Notes: generated by a model from the sequence alone, not told the origin. Shown: positions 48,800 through 62,810, counted from the stretch's first letter. The stretch: 64,000 nucleotides of DNA from Squalus acanthias (GCA_030390025.1 CM059431.1:157110001-157174000); one strand, 5' to 3'. Numbers and translations are program-made.

Positions 48800-50585
48800 C
48801 ACAACAACTACAACAAATTGAATTCATACAGCTCCTTTAACGTAGCGAAATGTCCCAGGGCGCTTCACCGCAGCGTTATAAAACATGATTTGACATCGAG
48901 CAACATATTAGGACATGTGACCAAATACTTGGTAATAAAGTAGATCTCAGGGTTTGATTTTCTTTGACCCGTGAAGGCGGGTTTGGAGGCATGTTTGGGG
49001 CTTAAAATTGCGAAAACTGGCGGTTGGGCACAAGTCCGCCTCCATCCCGCCTCCACGCAATTCTCATTAAATCGTGTCTGCTGGTCCCGACTCCGTCCCA
49101 CCTCTTAAATGCGGGATAGGCTGTTAAGGTCCTTAACAAGCAGTAAATTGGCTCTATAATGCCATTTTGAAAGGCCTTTGTGATTTTAACCCTTGTTCTA
49201 CGTGAAGCACGCCTGTTCTGAACCATGGTTGTGAAACCTGGCGGGAGCACATTTGGATATGGGTAGTTGACGCTTGCTGGCTGGCTGACTGGCTATGGGG
49301 ATGCATATATGGATGGATAGAGAGGAGACATATCTGGGAGCGGTGGTGTAAAAATATCTGTGAGCAGACTTAGGGCTGCTCCTTATTTTGCAGGTCCTCT
49401 CACAGCAAAGGCCAGGCAGTCTTTGAAGACCTTCAATGCAGCAGCAATGATGACATCATCAGAGGCGACTTTCAGACTGAAAACACTAAATCGTTCATGG
49501 TGGAACTCAATTGCCCAATTAGGTGAAAATTGCATCAATCTCCCACATCCAATTGCAGTCGGGTGGATAACACGAAAAGTGGGTGACACGACCCCAACCA
49601 GCTCCAGTATCAAAATCCAGCCCTTAGTGTCTGAAAGGAGGAGCGAGAGTTAGAATGTCGAAGCGGTTTCGGGAGGGAATTCCAAAGTTTAGGGCCTAGG
49701 CAGCTGGAGACAGGGCGGTGAAAAACGGGGATACGCATTAGTTGGAGTGCAGAGATCTCGGCGGGTTGTGAGGTTGGAGGAAGTTACAGAGATAAGGAGG
49801 GACAAAGCCATGGAGGGATTTGAAAACAAGCATGAGAATTTTAAAACCAAGGCTTTGCCGGAACGGGAGTCAATGCAGGTGAGAAGCACTGGGCTAATGG
49901 GTGAACTGGTCTTGGTATGAGTTAGCATGTGGGCAGCGGAGTTTAGCATAAGATCAAGTTGATCAAGTGTGATAGCTGGGAGGCCATCCAGGAAAGCATT
50001 GGAATAGTCAAGGCTAGATGTAACAAAGGCGTGCATGAGAGTTTCAGCAGCAGATGAGCTGAGGCAGGGGAAGAGACGGGCGAAGTTACGGAGCTGGATG
50101 TAGACAGTCTTGGCGTTGGAGCGGATATGTGGTCGGAAGATCATTTAGGGCTCAAATACAACACCAAGGTTGCAAACCGTCTTTATCAGCTTCAGACAAT
50201 GGCCAGGGAGTGCGATGGAGTTACTGGCTAGAGAACAAAGTTACTGGTGAGTACCGAAGACAATGGATCATGTATTCCAAATATTTAGTTGTAGTAAGTT
50301 TCTGCTCATCCAGTACTGGATGTAGCACCAGGATTGTGACTCATCAGGGCAAGTGGAGGGATCGAGAGATTAGGTGGTGAGGTAGAGATGTGTATCGTCA
50401 GCGTACATGTGTAACGTGACATTGTGTTTTCAGAAGAGGCTGCCAAGGGAAAGCACGTAGAGGTGAAATAGAAGAGGACCAATGATAGATCATTGGAGGA
50501 CTCCAGAGGTAACGATGTAAGAGTGGAAAGAAACGCCATTGCAACGATTGTTTGACTACGAGTCGAAAGATAACAATGGGACCAG
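48800..50585 (-). mobile_element. L2 3' portion interrupted by MITE 48950-49623
   Basis: Tail acaacaactacaac at 48800; ORF 49689-50144 (HAFVTSSLDYSNA); PPGVLQ-like remnant near 50500. Confidence 0.82.
48950..49623. mobile_element. Harbinger-type MITE (second subfamily)
   Basis: TIRs GGGTTTGATTTT / AAAATCCAGCCC; flanks tca / tta (imperfect 3-bp TSD). Confidence 0.7.
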
Positions 50586-50816
50586 GTGAGGAACGTCTCT
50601 CACCCCAACCTGTAATATCGTTGACGAACAAATATCTATCAATTTCAGTTTTTATTTTTCAATTGACCCAGACTTAACAGCTTTTCGCTGCAGAGTGTTT
50701 CAGATTTCCACGAGGCTTTGTGTGAATAAATGCTTTCTGAAATCACCCCTGAACGACCTAATTCTAATTTTAAGTTTATGCCCTTGTTCTGGACTCCCCC
50801 CTCACAGGAAATATTC

Positions 50817-50998
50817 GGTCAGAAATTCGTTTCGGGCGGCGTCGAAAACGGGCGGTATGGGATCGGCCGCCTGTTATTCGCAGCGGCTGATATTCAGCTC
50901 TATTGTAATCAATGGAACTGAATATCAGGCACGGCGTATAACGGACGGCCGATCCGATAACCCCGTTTTTTACCAACGACCGAGACGAATTTCTAGAC
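50817..50998. mobile_element. Foldback MITE (third copy)
   Basis: ggtcagaaattcgtttcgg ... ccgagacgaatttctagac; same core as 47001. Confidence 0.82.
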
Positions 50999-51015
50999 TA
51001 GTATTTTTCCATCTG

Positions 51016-54000
51016 AGAACATAAGAACTTAAAAAGTAGGAGCACGATTAGGCCATTTCGTCCCTCGAGCCTGCTCCACCATTGAATAAGATCATGACTG
51101 ATCTTCTACCTCATCTCCACTTACCTGAACTATCCCCAATTCCCTTGCTGCCCTTAATATTCAAAAATCTTTGAAACTTTGTCTTGAATATAGTCAACGA
51201 CTGAACCTCCACATCCCTCTGGGGTAGCGAATTTCAAAGGTTCACCACCCTCTGAATAAAGACATTTCTCCTCAGCCCTGTCCTAAATGGCCGACCCCTT
51301 ATTCTGAGTCTGTGACCCCTGGTTCTAGACTCCCCAGCCAGGGGAAACATCCTCCCTACATCTACCCTGTAAAGCCCTGTAAGAATTTTGTATGTTTTAA
51401 TGAGATCACCTCTTGCTCTTCCAACCATCCAGGTGTGGTCTTACCAGGATCCTATATAATTGCAGTAAGACGACTTGGCATTTATACTCAAATCCTCTTG
51501 TAATAAAGGCCAACATATAATTTGCTTTCCTAAATGTTTACTGTACCTGCATGTTAACGTTCAGTGATTCGTGTACAAGGTCGCCCAGGTCCCTCTGAAC
51601 ACTAACATTTCCTAATCTCTCAGCATTTAAAATTACTCTGCCTTTCTATTTTTTCTACCAAAGTGGATAACTTCACATTTCTCCACGTTATATTCCATTT
51701 GCCATAATCTTGCCCACTCACTTAGACTGTCTCTATCCCATTGAAGCCTCCCTTGCATCCTCCTCACAACTTACTTTCCCACCCAGCTTTGTATCATCAG
51801 CAAACTTGGGTATCTTACATTTGGTCTCCTCATCCAAATCATTGATGTAGATTGTGAATAGCTGAGGTGCAAGCAATTATCCTTGCGGTACCCCACTAGT
51901 AACAGTCTGCCAACCCGAAAATGACCCGTTTATCCTACTCTCTGTTTTCTGTCCGTGAACCAATCCTCAATCCATGCAAGTATATTACCTCCAAACCCAT
52001 GCGCCCTAATGTTGTATAATTACTTCTTGTGTGGCACCTTATCGAATGTCTTCTGAAAATCCAAATACAACACATCAACTGGTTCCCCCTTCTCTATTAT
52101 GCTAGTTACAACATCAAAAAAATCTTAACAGATTCTTTAAACCTGATTTCCCTTTCATAAATCCGTGTTGACTCTGCCCAATCCAACTATTATTTTCTAA
52201 GTGCCCTGTCACCACATCCGTAATAATATAAACCAGCATTTCCCCGACTACTGATGTCAGGCTAACTTCTCTGTAGTTCCCCGTTTTCTCTCTCCCTCCG
52301 TTCTTAAATAATGGGTTTACATTTGTTACCTTCCAATCCGCGAGATCCATTCCAGCATCTAGAATTTGGGAAAATGACAACCAATGTATCCACTATCTCT
52401 ACAGCCACCTAGGATGTAGGCCATCAGGTCCAGGGAATTTATTGGCTTTCAGTCCCATTAATTTGTCCAGTAATTTTTTTTACTATTAATAATTTATTTC
52501 AGTTCCTCATTCTCGCTAGACACTTGGTTTTCCACTATTTCAGGGGCGTTTTTTGCGTCTACCTCCGTGGAGACAGACACAAAGTATTTGTTTAATTTTA
52601 CATCCAATTCCTTAATTCAATTTATAATTGCTCCTGTCTCATTCTGTAAGGGACCCACGTTTACTTTTGCTAATCTTTTCCATTTTACATACCTATAGAA
52701 GCTTTTACAGTCTGTTTTTATGCCTCTCGCAAGTTTACTCTCCTATTCTATTGTCCCTTTCTTTATCAATGTCTTGGTCCTCTTTTGCTGAATTCTAAAA
52801 TCCTCCCAATCCTCAGGCTTACAACTCTTTCTGGCAACATTATACGTCTCTTCCTTTGATCTAATACTACCTTTACCTTCTCTTGTTACCAAAGTTGGAC
52901 CAATTTTGTAGTGGGGTTTTGGTGCCTTAAAGGAATGTATATTTGTTGTAAACAATGTATTAAATCTTTAAATGCTTGCCATTGCATTTCTACCCTCATA
53001 CCTTTTAATATAGTTTTCCAATCTACCTGAACCTACTCGTCCCTCATAACTACGTAGTTTGCTTTGTTTAGAATTCGACCCTAGTTTCGATTTAACTAAA
53101 TTGCTTTCAAATTCTATATAAGATTCTATCGTATCATGGTCATTCTTCCCTAAAGGCCCTTTTATTACAAGGTTATTAATTAAAACTTTTCCATTACACA
53201 ATTCTAGATCTAAAATAGCAGGTTCCCTAGATGGTTCCTCAACATACTGATCTAGAAAACTAGCTGGCATATATTCCATGAAATCGTCCTCAACACTATT
53301 ACTCAAAATATGGTTCGCCCAGTATATATGCATAATAAAGTCCCCCATTATCTCTGTATTATCCTTGTTGCATGCACTTCTAATTTCCTGATTTATAGAA
53401 ACATAGAAACTAGGAGCAGGAGTAGGCCATTCGGCCCGTCGAGCCTGCTCCACCATTCAATACGATCATGGCTGATCATCCAAATCCAGTACCCTGTCCC
53501 TGCTTTCTCACACAGAATCCCCATCGAGCCTGCACCGACACATATCCCACCCTATCCCCGTAACCCCACGTATTTAATTTCCCCTAACATATCCCATCCT
53601 ATCCCCGTAACCCCACATATTTAATCCCCCCCTAACACTAAGGGTCAATTTATCATAGCCAAATCAACCTAACTCGCACATTTTTGGACTGTGGGAGGAA
53701 ACCGGAGCACCCGGAGGAAACCCACGCAGACACGGGGAGAATGTGCAAACTCCACACAGACAGTCACCCGAGGCCAGATTCGAACCCGGGTCTCTGGCGC
53801 TTTGAGGCACCAGTGCTAACCACTATGCCACCGTGCTTCCTTACATTACAGCTACTGTTTGGGGGCCCATGCACGACTCCTACCAATGTTTTCTGACCCT
53901 TGCCGTTTGTTAGTGCCACCCAAACTGATTTTTATTCTTGATTTTCGGAGCTAAGATCCTTTTTCTCGACTGTCTTCATCCCACCCATTATTATCAGGGC

Positions 54001-54180
54001 TACCCCTCTTCCTTTTCCATTTTGCCTATCTCTTCTAAATGTTAAGAATCTTGGAATATTTAATTCCCAACCTTGGCAACTGGGCAACTACGTCTCCGTC
54101 ATGGCTATTGGATGAAACCTGTTAATTTCTATCTGCACTATTCATTTATCTATTTTTTGCGAATGCTCCATGCATTCAGA
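51016..54180 (-). mobile_element. Degenerate CR1 (copy J) with internal deletion and SINE insertion
   Basis: Tail agaacataagaa at ~51016; RT/EN fragments 51234-53390 and 53840-54180. Confidence 0.88.
53510..53837 (-). mobile_element. HE1-like V-SINE (tRNA-derived), preceded by a short CR1 3' fragment (53395-53510)
   Basis: Minus strand A-box TGGCATAGTGG, B-box GTTCGAATC, V-domain tctgtgtggagtttgcacattctccccgtgtctgcgtgggtttcctccgggtgctccggtttcctcccaca; internal ~47-bp tandem duplication. Confidence 0.88.
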
Positions 54181-55403
54181 TTAGTCATAGGGTCATAGCT
54201 TCATAGAGTCTGAACGGCACAGAAGGAGGCCATTCGGTCGATCGTGTCCATGCCGGCTCTCTGTAGAGCAATCGAGTCAGTCCCATTCCCCCGCTCTATC
54301 CACGTAGCCCTGCAAGTTTATTTCCCTCAAGTGCCTGTCCAGCCTCCCCTTGAAAACATTGAGTGTCTCCGCTTCCACCACGTCCGTCGGCAGCAATTTC
54401 CAGGTCCTCACCAGTCGCTGCGTAAAAGATATTCTCCCAAATCCCTTGAGACCTTTAGCTTTAAGAAATATATCTAACTCATTCTTGAATATATTTAATG
54501 ACTTGGCCTCAACTGTCTTCTGTGGTAGAGAATTCCACAGGTTCACCAATCTCTGGGTGAAGACATTCTTTCTCATTTCTGTCCTAAATGGCTTACCCCT
54601 TATAATTAGATTATGACCCCTGGTTCTGGACTCTCCGAGCATCGGGAACATTCTTCCTGCATCTAGTTTGTCCAGACCTGTCAGAATTGTATATGTTTCG
54701 ATGAGATTCCCTCTCATTCTTCTATACTCCAGCGAGTATAAGCCCAATCGACCCAATCTCTCCTCATATGTCATTCCTGCCATCCCAGGTATCAGCCTTG
54801 TGAATCTTCGCTGAAATCCTTCCATGGCAAGAACATTCTTCCTCAGATAAGGCGAGCAAAACTGCACAAAGTACTCAAGGTGTGGTCTCACCAAGGCCCT
54901 GTACAAGTGCAGCAGGACATCCCTGTTCCTATACTCAAACACTTTCGCTATGAAGGCCAACATACCATTTGCCTTCTTCACCGCCTGCTGCACCTGCATG
55001 CTTAACTTCAGCGACTGGTGCACAAGGACACCCAGGTCTCGTTGCACTTCCCCTTCTCCCAATCTATTGCCATTCAGAAAATAGTCTGCCACTCTGTTTT
55101 TGACACCAAAGTGGATAACCTCGCATTTATCCACGTTATATTGCATCTGCCACGCTTCTGCCCACTCACCCAAACTGTCCAAATCATCCTGGAGTTTCTC
55201 GGTATCCTCCTCTGAGCACACACGCCCACCCAGCTTTGTGTCATCTGAAAACTTGGAGATATTAAATTTAGTTCCCTTATCAAGATCATTAATGTATATT
55301 GTGAATAGCTGGTGTTCAAGGACCGAACCCTGCGTTACCCCACTAGTCACTGCCTGCCACTCGGAAAAAAGTCCCATAAATTCCTACTCTCTGCTTTCTG
55401 TCC

Positions 55404-57733
55404 GCCAACTGGATTTAGTACTGGGTAATGAACCGGGCCAAGTGTTTGATTTGTATGTGGGAGAGCACTTTGGAGGTAGTGACCACAATTCGGTAACTTT
55501 CACTATTGCAATAGAGAGGGATAGGGCCATACGGCAGGGCAGGGTTTATAATTGGGGGAGGGGTAATTATGATGCGATTAGGCAAGAATTAGGGAGAATA
55601 AGATGGGAACAGAAACTATCAGGGAAAGGCACAAACGAAAAGTGGAGCTTTTTCATGGAGCAATTACTGCGTGTCCTTGATAGGTATGTCCCTGTCAGGC
55701 AGGGAGGAAATGGCCGAGTGAGAGAACCATGGTTCACAAAAGAGGTTGAATGTCTAGTCAAGAGGAAAAAGGAAGCCTATGTAAGGATGAGAAAACAAGA
55801 TTCAGTTGGGTCGATTGAGGGGTACAAGGTAGCAAGGAATGAGCTAAAAAAAGAGCTTAGGAGAGCTAGGAGGGGGCATGAGAAGTCTTTGGCGGGTCGG
55901 ATCAAGAAAAACCCCAAGGCTTTTTACTCTTATGTGAGAAATAAAAGAATGACCAGGGTGAGGGTAGGGCCGGTCAAGGACAGTAGTGGAAACTTGTGCA
56001 TGGAGTCAGAAGAGATAGGAGAGGTGATGAATGAATACTTTTCGTCAGTGTTCACCGAGGAGAGGGGCCATGTTCTTGAGGATGAGAGTGTGATAAAGGT
56101 GGATAGGCTGGAGGTGGTAGATGTTCTGAGGGAAGATGTTTTAGCAATTTTGAAGAACCTGAGGATCGATAAGACCCCTGGGCAAGATGGGATATATCCT
56201 AGGATTCTTTGGGAGGCAAGGGAGGAGATTGCAGAGCCTCTGGCTTTGATCTTTGGGTCCTCACTGTCCACGGGGATGGTGCCAGTGGACTGGAGAGTGG
56301 CGAATGTTGTTCCTCTCTTCAAGAAAGGAAATAGGAATGACCCTGGTAATTATAGGCCGGTTAGTCTTACTTCGGTGGTTGGTAAGATAATGGAAAAGGT
56401 CCTGAGGGATAGGATTTATGACCATTTGGAAAGGGGCAACTTAATCAGGGATAGTCAACACGGATTCGTGAAGGGTAAGTCTTGCCTAACAAATTTGATT
56501 GAATTCTTTGAGGAGGTAACTAAGTGTGTAGATGAAGGTAGAGCAGTTGATGTCGTATACATGGATTTTAGTAAGGCGTTTGATAAGGTTCCCCATGGTC
56601 GTCTCATGAAGAAAGTAAGGAGTTGTGGGATAGAGGGAAATTTGGCCGATTGGATAAGAAACTGGCTATCTCATAGAAGGCAGAGGGTGGTGGTGGATGG
56701 AACATTTTCGGACTGGAGACCAGTTGCCAGCGGTGTGCCACAGGGGTCGGTGCTGGGTCCTCTGCTGTTTGTGATTCTTATCAATGACTTGGAGGAGGGG
56801 ACTGAAGGGTGGATCAGTAAATTTGCTGATGACACCAAGATTGGTGGAGTAGTGGATGAGGTGGAGGGCAGTTGTAGGCTGCAAAGAGACATTGATAGGA
56901 TGCAGAGCTGGGCCGAAAAATGGCAGATGGAATTTAACCCTGATAAGTGCGAGGTGATTCATTTTGGTAGGGCAAATTTGAATAAGGATTACAGGGTCAA
57001 CAGCAGGGTTCTGAGGAACGTGGAGGAGCAGAGGGTTCTGGGGGTTCATATCCACAGATCTCTGAAGGTTGCCACTCAAGTGGATAGAGCAGTAAAGAAG
57101 GCCTATGGTGTTTTGGCGTTTATTAACAGAGGGTTTGAGTTTAAGAACCGTGAGGTTATGCTGCAACTGTACAGGACCTTGGTGAGACCACATTTGGAAT
57201 ATTGTGTGCAGTTCTGGTCACCTCACGATAGGAAGGACGTGGAAGCATTGGAAAGAGTGCAAAGGAGATTTACCAGGATGCTGCCTGGTTTGGGGGGGAG
57301 GTCTTATGAGGAAAGATTGAGGGAGTTGGTGCTTTTCTCTTTAGAGCGGAGGAGGATGAGAGGCGACTTAATAGAGGTTTATAAGATGATGAGGGGGATA
57401 GATAGAGTGGATGTTCAGAGACTATTTCCTCGGGTAGAGGCAGCTGTTACAAGGGGGCATAACTATAAGGTGCATGGGGGGAGATATAGAAGGGATGTCC
57501 GAGGTAGATTCTTTACTCAGAGAGTGGTTGGGGTGTGGAATGGACTGCCTGCTGTGATAGTGGAGTCGGACACTTTAGGAACTTTCAAGCGGTTATTGGA
57601 TAAGCACATGGAGCACACCAGAGTGATAGGGAGTGTGATAGCTTGATCTTGGTCTCGGACAATGCTCGGCACAACATCGAGGGCCGAAGGGCCTGTACTG
57701 TGCTGTACTGTTCTATGTATCTATGTATCTATG
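55404..57733 (+). mobile_element. Young 5'-truncated CR1 (copy L), same subfamily as copy B, RT frame uninterrupted
   Basis: From LDLVLGNEPGQV to the stop at 57646 with no disruption; sequence closely matches the reverse complement of 845-3155; tail ttctatgtatctatgtatctatg. Confidence 0.95.
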
Positions 57734-59140
57734 TAACCAGTTCTCGATCCAAGTCAATACCTTGCCCCCAATCCCATATGCCTTAACTTTACACGCTAAT
57801 CTCTTATGCGGGACCTTATCGAAAGCCTTTTGAAAATCCAAATACTCCACATCTACTGGTTCTCCCTTATGTATTTTCCCAGTTACATCCTCCAAAAATT
57901 CCAGTACATTAGTCAAGCACGATTTACCTTTTGTAAATCCATGTTGGCTTTGTCCGATCCTGTCACTGTTTTTCAAGTGCTCAGCTATTACATCTTTTAT
58001 AATGGACTCTAGCATTGTCCCCACTACCGATGTCAGGCTTACCAGTCTGCAATTTCCCGCTTTCTCTCTACCACCTTTTTTGAATAGTGGGGTAACATTA
58101 GCTACCCTCCAATCCATGGGTACAGTTCCAGATTCCATCGAATGTTGGAAGATGATCAGCAATGCATCTACTATTTCTAGGGTCACTTCCTTAAGTACCC
58201 TAGGATGTAGATTATCAGCCCCTGGGGATTTATCGGCCTTCAATCCCGTCAATTTCCCCAACACCATATCCCTGCAAAAACGGATTTCTTTCTGTTCCTC
58301 CCTTTCATCAGACCCTATGTTCTCCAACATCTCTGGGAGGTTATTTGAGTCCTCCTCTGTGAAGACAGAAGCAAAATATTCATTTAATTGTTCTGCCATG
58401 TCTTTGTTCCCCATTATAACTTCACCCGCTTCTGACTGCAAGGGACCTGCACTTGATTTCACTAATCTTTTTCTCTTCATATATCTGTAAAAGCTCTTAC
58501 AGTAAGTTTTTATGTTCCCTGCAAGCTTACTTTCATCTACTATTTTCCCCTTCTTAATGAATCCCTTTGTCCTCCTTTGTTGAATCCTCAACTGCTCCCA
58601 ATCCTCAGGGAAACCGCTTTTTCTGGCCAATTTATATGCCCTCCCCTTGGATATTATGTTAACCATAATTTCCCTTGTTAGCCACGGTTGAGTCACCCTT
58701 TTTGTTTTATTCTTATGCCACACTGGGATGAACAAATTCTGTAGTTCATCCATGCAGTCTTTGAATGTTTGCCATTGCCTATCCACCGACAACCCTTTGA
58801 GTGACATTCCCCAATCAATCCTACCCAATTCGCGCATCATACAATCGTAGTTTCCTTTATTTAAATTCAGGACCCTAGTCTCTGATTCAACTAATCACTC
58901 TCCATCCTAATGAAGAATTCTATCATATTATGATCACTCTGACCCAAGGGGCCTCGTACAACAAGATTGCTAATGAATCCTTTCTCGTTACAAAATAACC
59001 AGTCTAAGATGGCCTGATCTCTGGTTGGTTCCTCGACATATTGTTCCAGAAATCTATCCCGTAAACATTCTAGGAATTCCTCCTCCACAGTATTTTTACT
59101 AATTTGGTTACCCCAATCTATATGTAAATTAAAGTCACCC

Positions 59141-59267
59141 ATGGCGAGAAAGCAGGAATGGGGTACTGAGGTAGCATGTTCAGCCATGAAAGCATTGAAT
59201 GGCGGTGCAGGCTCGAAGGACCGAATGGTCTACTCCTGTACCTATTTTCTATGTTTCTATGTTTCTA
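59141..59267 (+). mobile_element. ~125-bp CR1 3'-end insertion (copy D subfamily)
   Basis: Nearly identical to 34616-34737; (TTTCTATG)n tail; ATG at both junctions. Confidence 0.88.
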
Positions 59268-60419
59268 TGATGACTGCTGTGCCCTTACTGTATGCTTCTC
59301 TAATTTCCATTTTAATGCCACCCCCGAACTCCGTATTGCTGTTTGGAGGTCTATATTGCACTCTCACTACCTTTTCCTGCCCCTTGTTATTTCTCAGTTC
59401 TACCCATACAGATTCTGCATCATCAGAGCTAATGTCCTTCCTTTCAATTGTGTTAATCCCCTCTTTAACCAGCAATGCTACCCCACGTCCATTTCTTTCT
59501 TGCCTATCTTTCCTAAATATTGAATACCCCTGGATGTTGAGTTCCCAGCTTTGGCCACCCTGGAGCCATGTTTCTGTAATCCCAATCAAATCGTGTTAAT
59601 TTACCTCTATTTGCGCAGCTAATTCATCCACCTTGTTCCGAATGATCCTTGCATTAAGACACAAAGCGTTCAGGCTTGTTTTTTTAACGCTCTCAAACCT
59701 ATATGAATTGTTATTTCCTGTGACCATGATTGATTTAAACCGTTGAGTTCTTTGCCTTCTACTTTTCTTTATCTCCTTCCTGTCTTTTGCTTTTATCCTT
59801 GTTTCCCTTTCCTCTGTCTCCCTGCTCAGGTTCCCAACACCCTGGCACTTTAGTTGAAACCCTCCCCAACAGCACTAGCAAACACTCCCGCTAGGACATC
59901 GGTCCCGGCCCTGCCCAGGTGCAGACCGTCCGATTGTACTGCTCCCACCTCCTCCAGAACCGGTTCCAATATCCAAGGAATTTGAATCTCTTCCCCTTGC
60001 ACCATTCCTCTACCCAAGTATTCATTTGAAATATCCTCCTATTTCTACTCTGACTAGCACGTGGCACTGGTAGCAATCCTGAGATTACTTCCTTTGAGGT
60101 CCTATTTTTTAATTTACCTCCTAACACCCTATATTCTGCTTTTAGGACCTCATCCCGTTTTTTACCTATATCGTTGATGCCTATGTGCACCACGACAACT
60201 GGCTGTTCGACCTTCCCCTCCAAAATGTTCTGTAGCCGCTCCATGACGTCCTTGTCCCTTGCACCAGGGATGCAACACACCATCCTGGAGTCTCATTTGC
60301 GGCCGCAGAAATGCCTATCTATTCCCCTTACAATTGAGTCCCCTATCACTATAGCTCTTCCACACTTTTTCCTCCCAGCTTGTGCAGTAGCAGAGCCACC
60401 CATGGTGCCAGGAACTTTC

Positions 60420-62810
60420 CCTGCAGTTTCAGTTCTCTGCCTTCCTCTCACTATTTGGAGGCCTGTAGAAAACCCCGAATAGCGTGAGCATACCCTTTTT
60501 GCTCCTCAGATCTAACCAAATGGATTCTGTGCTTATCCTCTAAAGAACATCTTCCCTTTCCAACACTACAATGGGCCAGAAAGTCGGCTTTCCGGCTTCC
60601 TGTGGGTGCAAGCATCGCACGCGTACTTACCTACCACGCCTGCAGTTGTGCTTTAGGCCCACGAGGACTTCGGGTCCTGGGCCTCCTCCAGCTGCCGGCG
60701 CGGAGTGCTTGCATATCCCAGGGACGCAGTTAGTTCGAAGCGACCGCTGGGATCACGTGGGCCATGGAGAGCAAATCCTAGCAGGGCATTTTCATTCCTA
60801 GATTTGACATGAAGAATAGTGTTCGGCCCCAAAACCACACTTAAACTTCAAATACATTTCAAAAAAAACATCACATTTTTAAAATAACTATAAGTTACAT
60901 AAATGAACTACTTTAAAAAAAAAATTAAATTGTTGAAAAAATTAATTATACATTTTAACGGTGCTAAAAATAAACTTACCTTTCTTCAACATATCTAAAT
61001 AAGATAAACCTGTTGAAAAAATGTTTAAATTGTAATTAATTAAGCACTTACCTTGTTAAAAACAGGCCTTGCGCCTCCTTTTTAAAAGTGCAGCTTCTCC
61101 ATACTTGCCTTCCTGGAGAAACCTGAAAAAAACCCGAAGTTTGCTGTGTGCGCGCAGCCTCTCCCGCACACGCGTTCGACTTCTGAACCCCACCCTTCTG
61201 GGGAACGGAAGGTCCGATTTCCCGCACATGCGTAGATTATGCAGGAATCCGGCACTTCAGGTGGCCTTACGGGTGAGTACACAGCGCGTATTCACCGGAC
61301 AAGAGCCGAATTTCTGGCCCAACTTTCTTAATCAGCACTGCCACGCCACCTCCCTTTTTTTCTTCCCTATCTTTTCTGAACACCTTCAACCCTTTAATAT
61401 TAATGCCCTGTCCTTATCATTTTTAAGCCACGTTTCCGTTATTGCCACAATATCATTTTACCACACGGCTAATTGTGCTTGTAGCTCACCAATTTTATTC
61501 ACCACACTTTGTGCGTTTATGTACATGCATTCTAAACCCATTTTTGAATTTTGCCTACTCTTTCTTAGTCTGCTACTATCTAATATGGTACTACTTCCGC
61601 CTCCAGCACTACCTTCCCCTCTAGTACTATCCAACACACTTCTTCAGCTTTGACATATTTCTATTTTTCCCTGATGTCAATTTGTCACTGATGCCTTATT
61701 ATCTTGGTTACACTCTCTGTCCCTTCCTGACCCACTCTGCTGATATTTACCCAAAACTCTACTCTGCTCTAAAGCCTTCACATTTCTCTCGCAGCTTTTA
61801 AACTGGCTCTTTCCTCGAACCTCCCACCCCCACCCCTTCATTATTTTAACTCCCTGTCTACTGCACTTGCTATTGGGTTCGCCAGGACTTTGGTCCCAGT
61901 CTGGTTTAAGTGGAGCTCGTCCCAAAGGAACAGCTCCCTCGTTCCCCAGTACTGGTGCCAGTGCCCCATGAAGTGAAACACCTTCCTTCCACACCACTCT
62001 TTATGCCACGCATTTAAAACTCTAATCTGTTTGTCCCTATACCAATTTGCACGTGGCTCGTGTAACAATCTAGAGATATTTTGCTTTGATATTCTGCTTT
62101 TTAATTTGGAGCCTAGCTCCTCAAACTCCCTCAGCAGAACGTCATTCCTAGTTCTACCTATCTTGATTCCTACGTAGACCACGACACCTGGATCCTCCCC
62201 CTCCCACTCCAAGTTCATCTCCAGCCGCGAGGAGACGTCTTTCACCCTGGCACCGGGCAGGCAACACAACCTTTGAAACTCTCGGTCGCGGCTGCGGAGA
62301 ACAGTATCTGTCCCCCTGAATATTCTGTCCCTTACCACAACTACATTCCCTTTCACTCCCCCACTTGAATGGCCTCCTGCACCATGGTGCCACGGTCAGC
62401 TTGCTCATTTTTCCTGCATGCTTTTCCTTCATCCACACATGCAGCAAGAACCTCATACCTGTTGGACAAGGGCAAAGGCTGAGACACCTCCAGCACTTCA
62501 GCTGGGGTCCCCTTCGCTGTCTGAGTTGCACTCACACCCTCCTGTCCCTGACCGCTAAACAGATCTGTATCATTACCTAACCTAAGGGGTGTGACTGCCT
62601 CCTGATTCAAAGTGTCCAGGTAAATCTCCCCATCTCTGAAACCCCACAATGTCCACACCTCAGACTCCAGCTCAAAAACTCTGAGCTGACGTTCCTCAAG
62701 TTGCAGGCACTTACTGCAAACGTGGTTGTCACGGATCACAATGCTCTCCACAAACTCCCACATACTGCAGTTGCGGCACACCACCTGCACTGCCATCCCT
62801 ATATGACCTT
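60420..62810 (-). mobile_element. CR1 5' portion (copy M): ORF1 and EN start, with MITE insertion
   Basis: ORF1 62353-62796 (VVCRNCSMWE..VCSKC) and 61841-62356 (esterase); EN remnants 60420-61540. Confidence 0.88.
60573..61320. mobile_element. PIF/Harbinger-type MITE (748 bp), same family as 19757-20519
   Basis: TIRs GGGCCAGAAAGTCGGCT / AGCCGAATTTCTGGCCC; flanks aat / aac; shares the AT-rich core aaataaacttacctttctt...gataaacctgttgaaaaaa. Confidence 0.88.

Larger units (their letters stand above)
54181..60415 (-). mobile_element. CR1 (copy K), interrupted by copy L (55404-57733) and a 3'-tail insertion (59141-59267); its 3' end is joined to a copy-I-type tail (54181-54430)
   Basis: RT 54430-55403 and 57734-58840, EN 58891-59670, ORF1 esterase 59891-60283. 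Confidence 0.9.

Noticed and set aside
53760..53837. tRNA gene
   Set aside because: The A/B boxes run straight into a V-SINE core, so this is a SINE head.
55100..57646. 848-aa ORF with a novel N-terminus fused to RT
   Set aside because: The first ~100 aa are the antisense frame of host CR1 copy K reading into inserted copy L.
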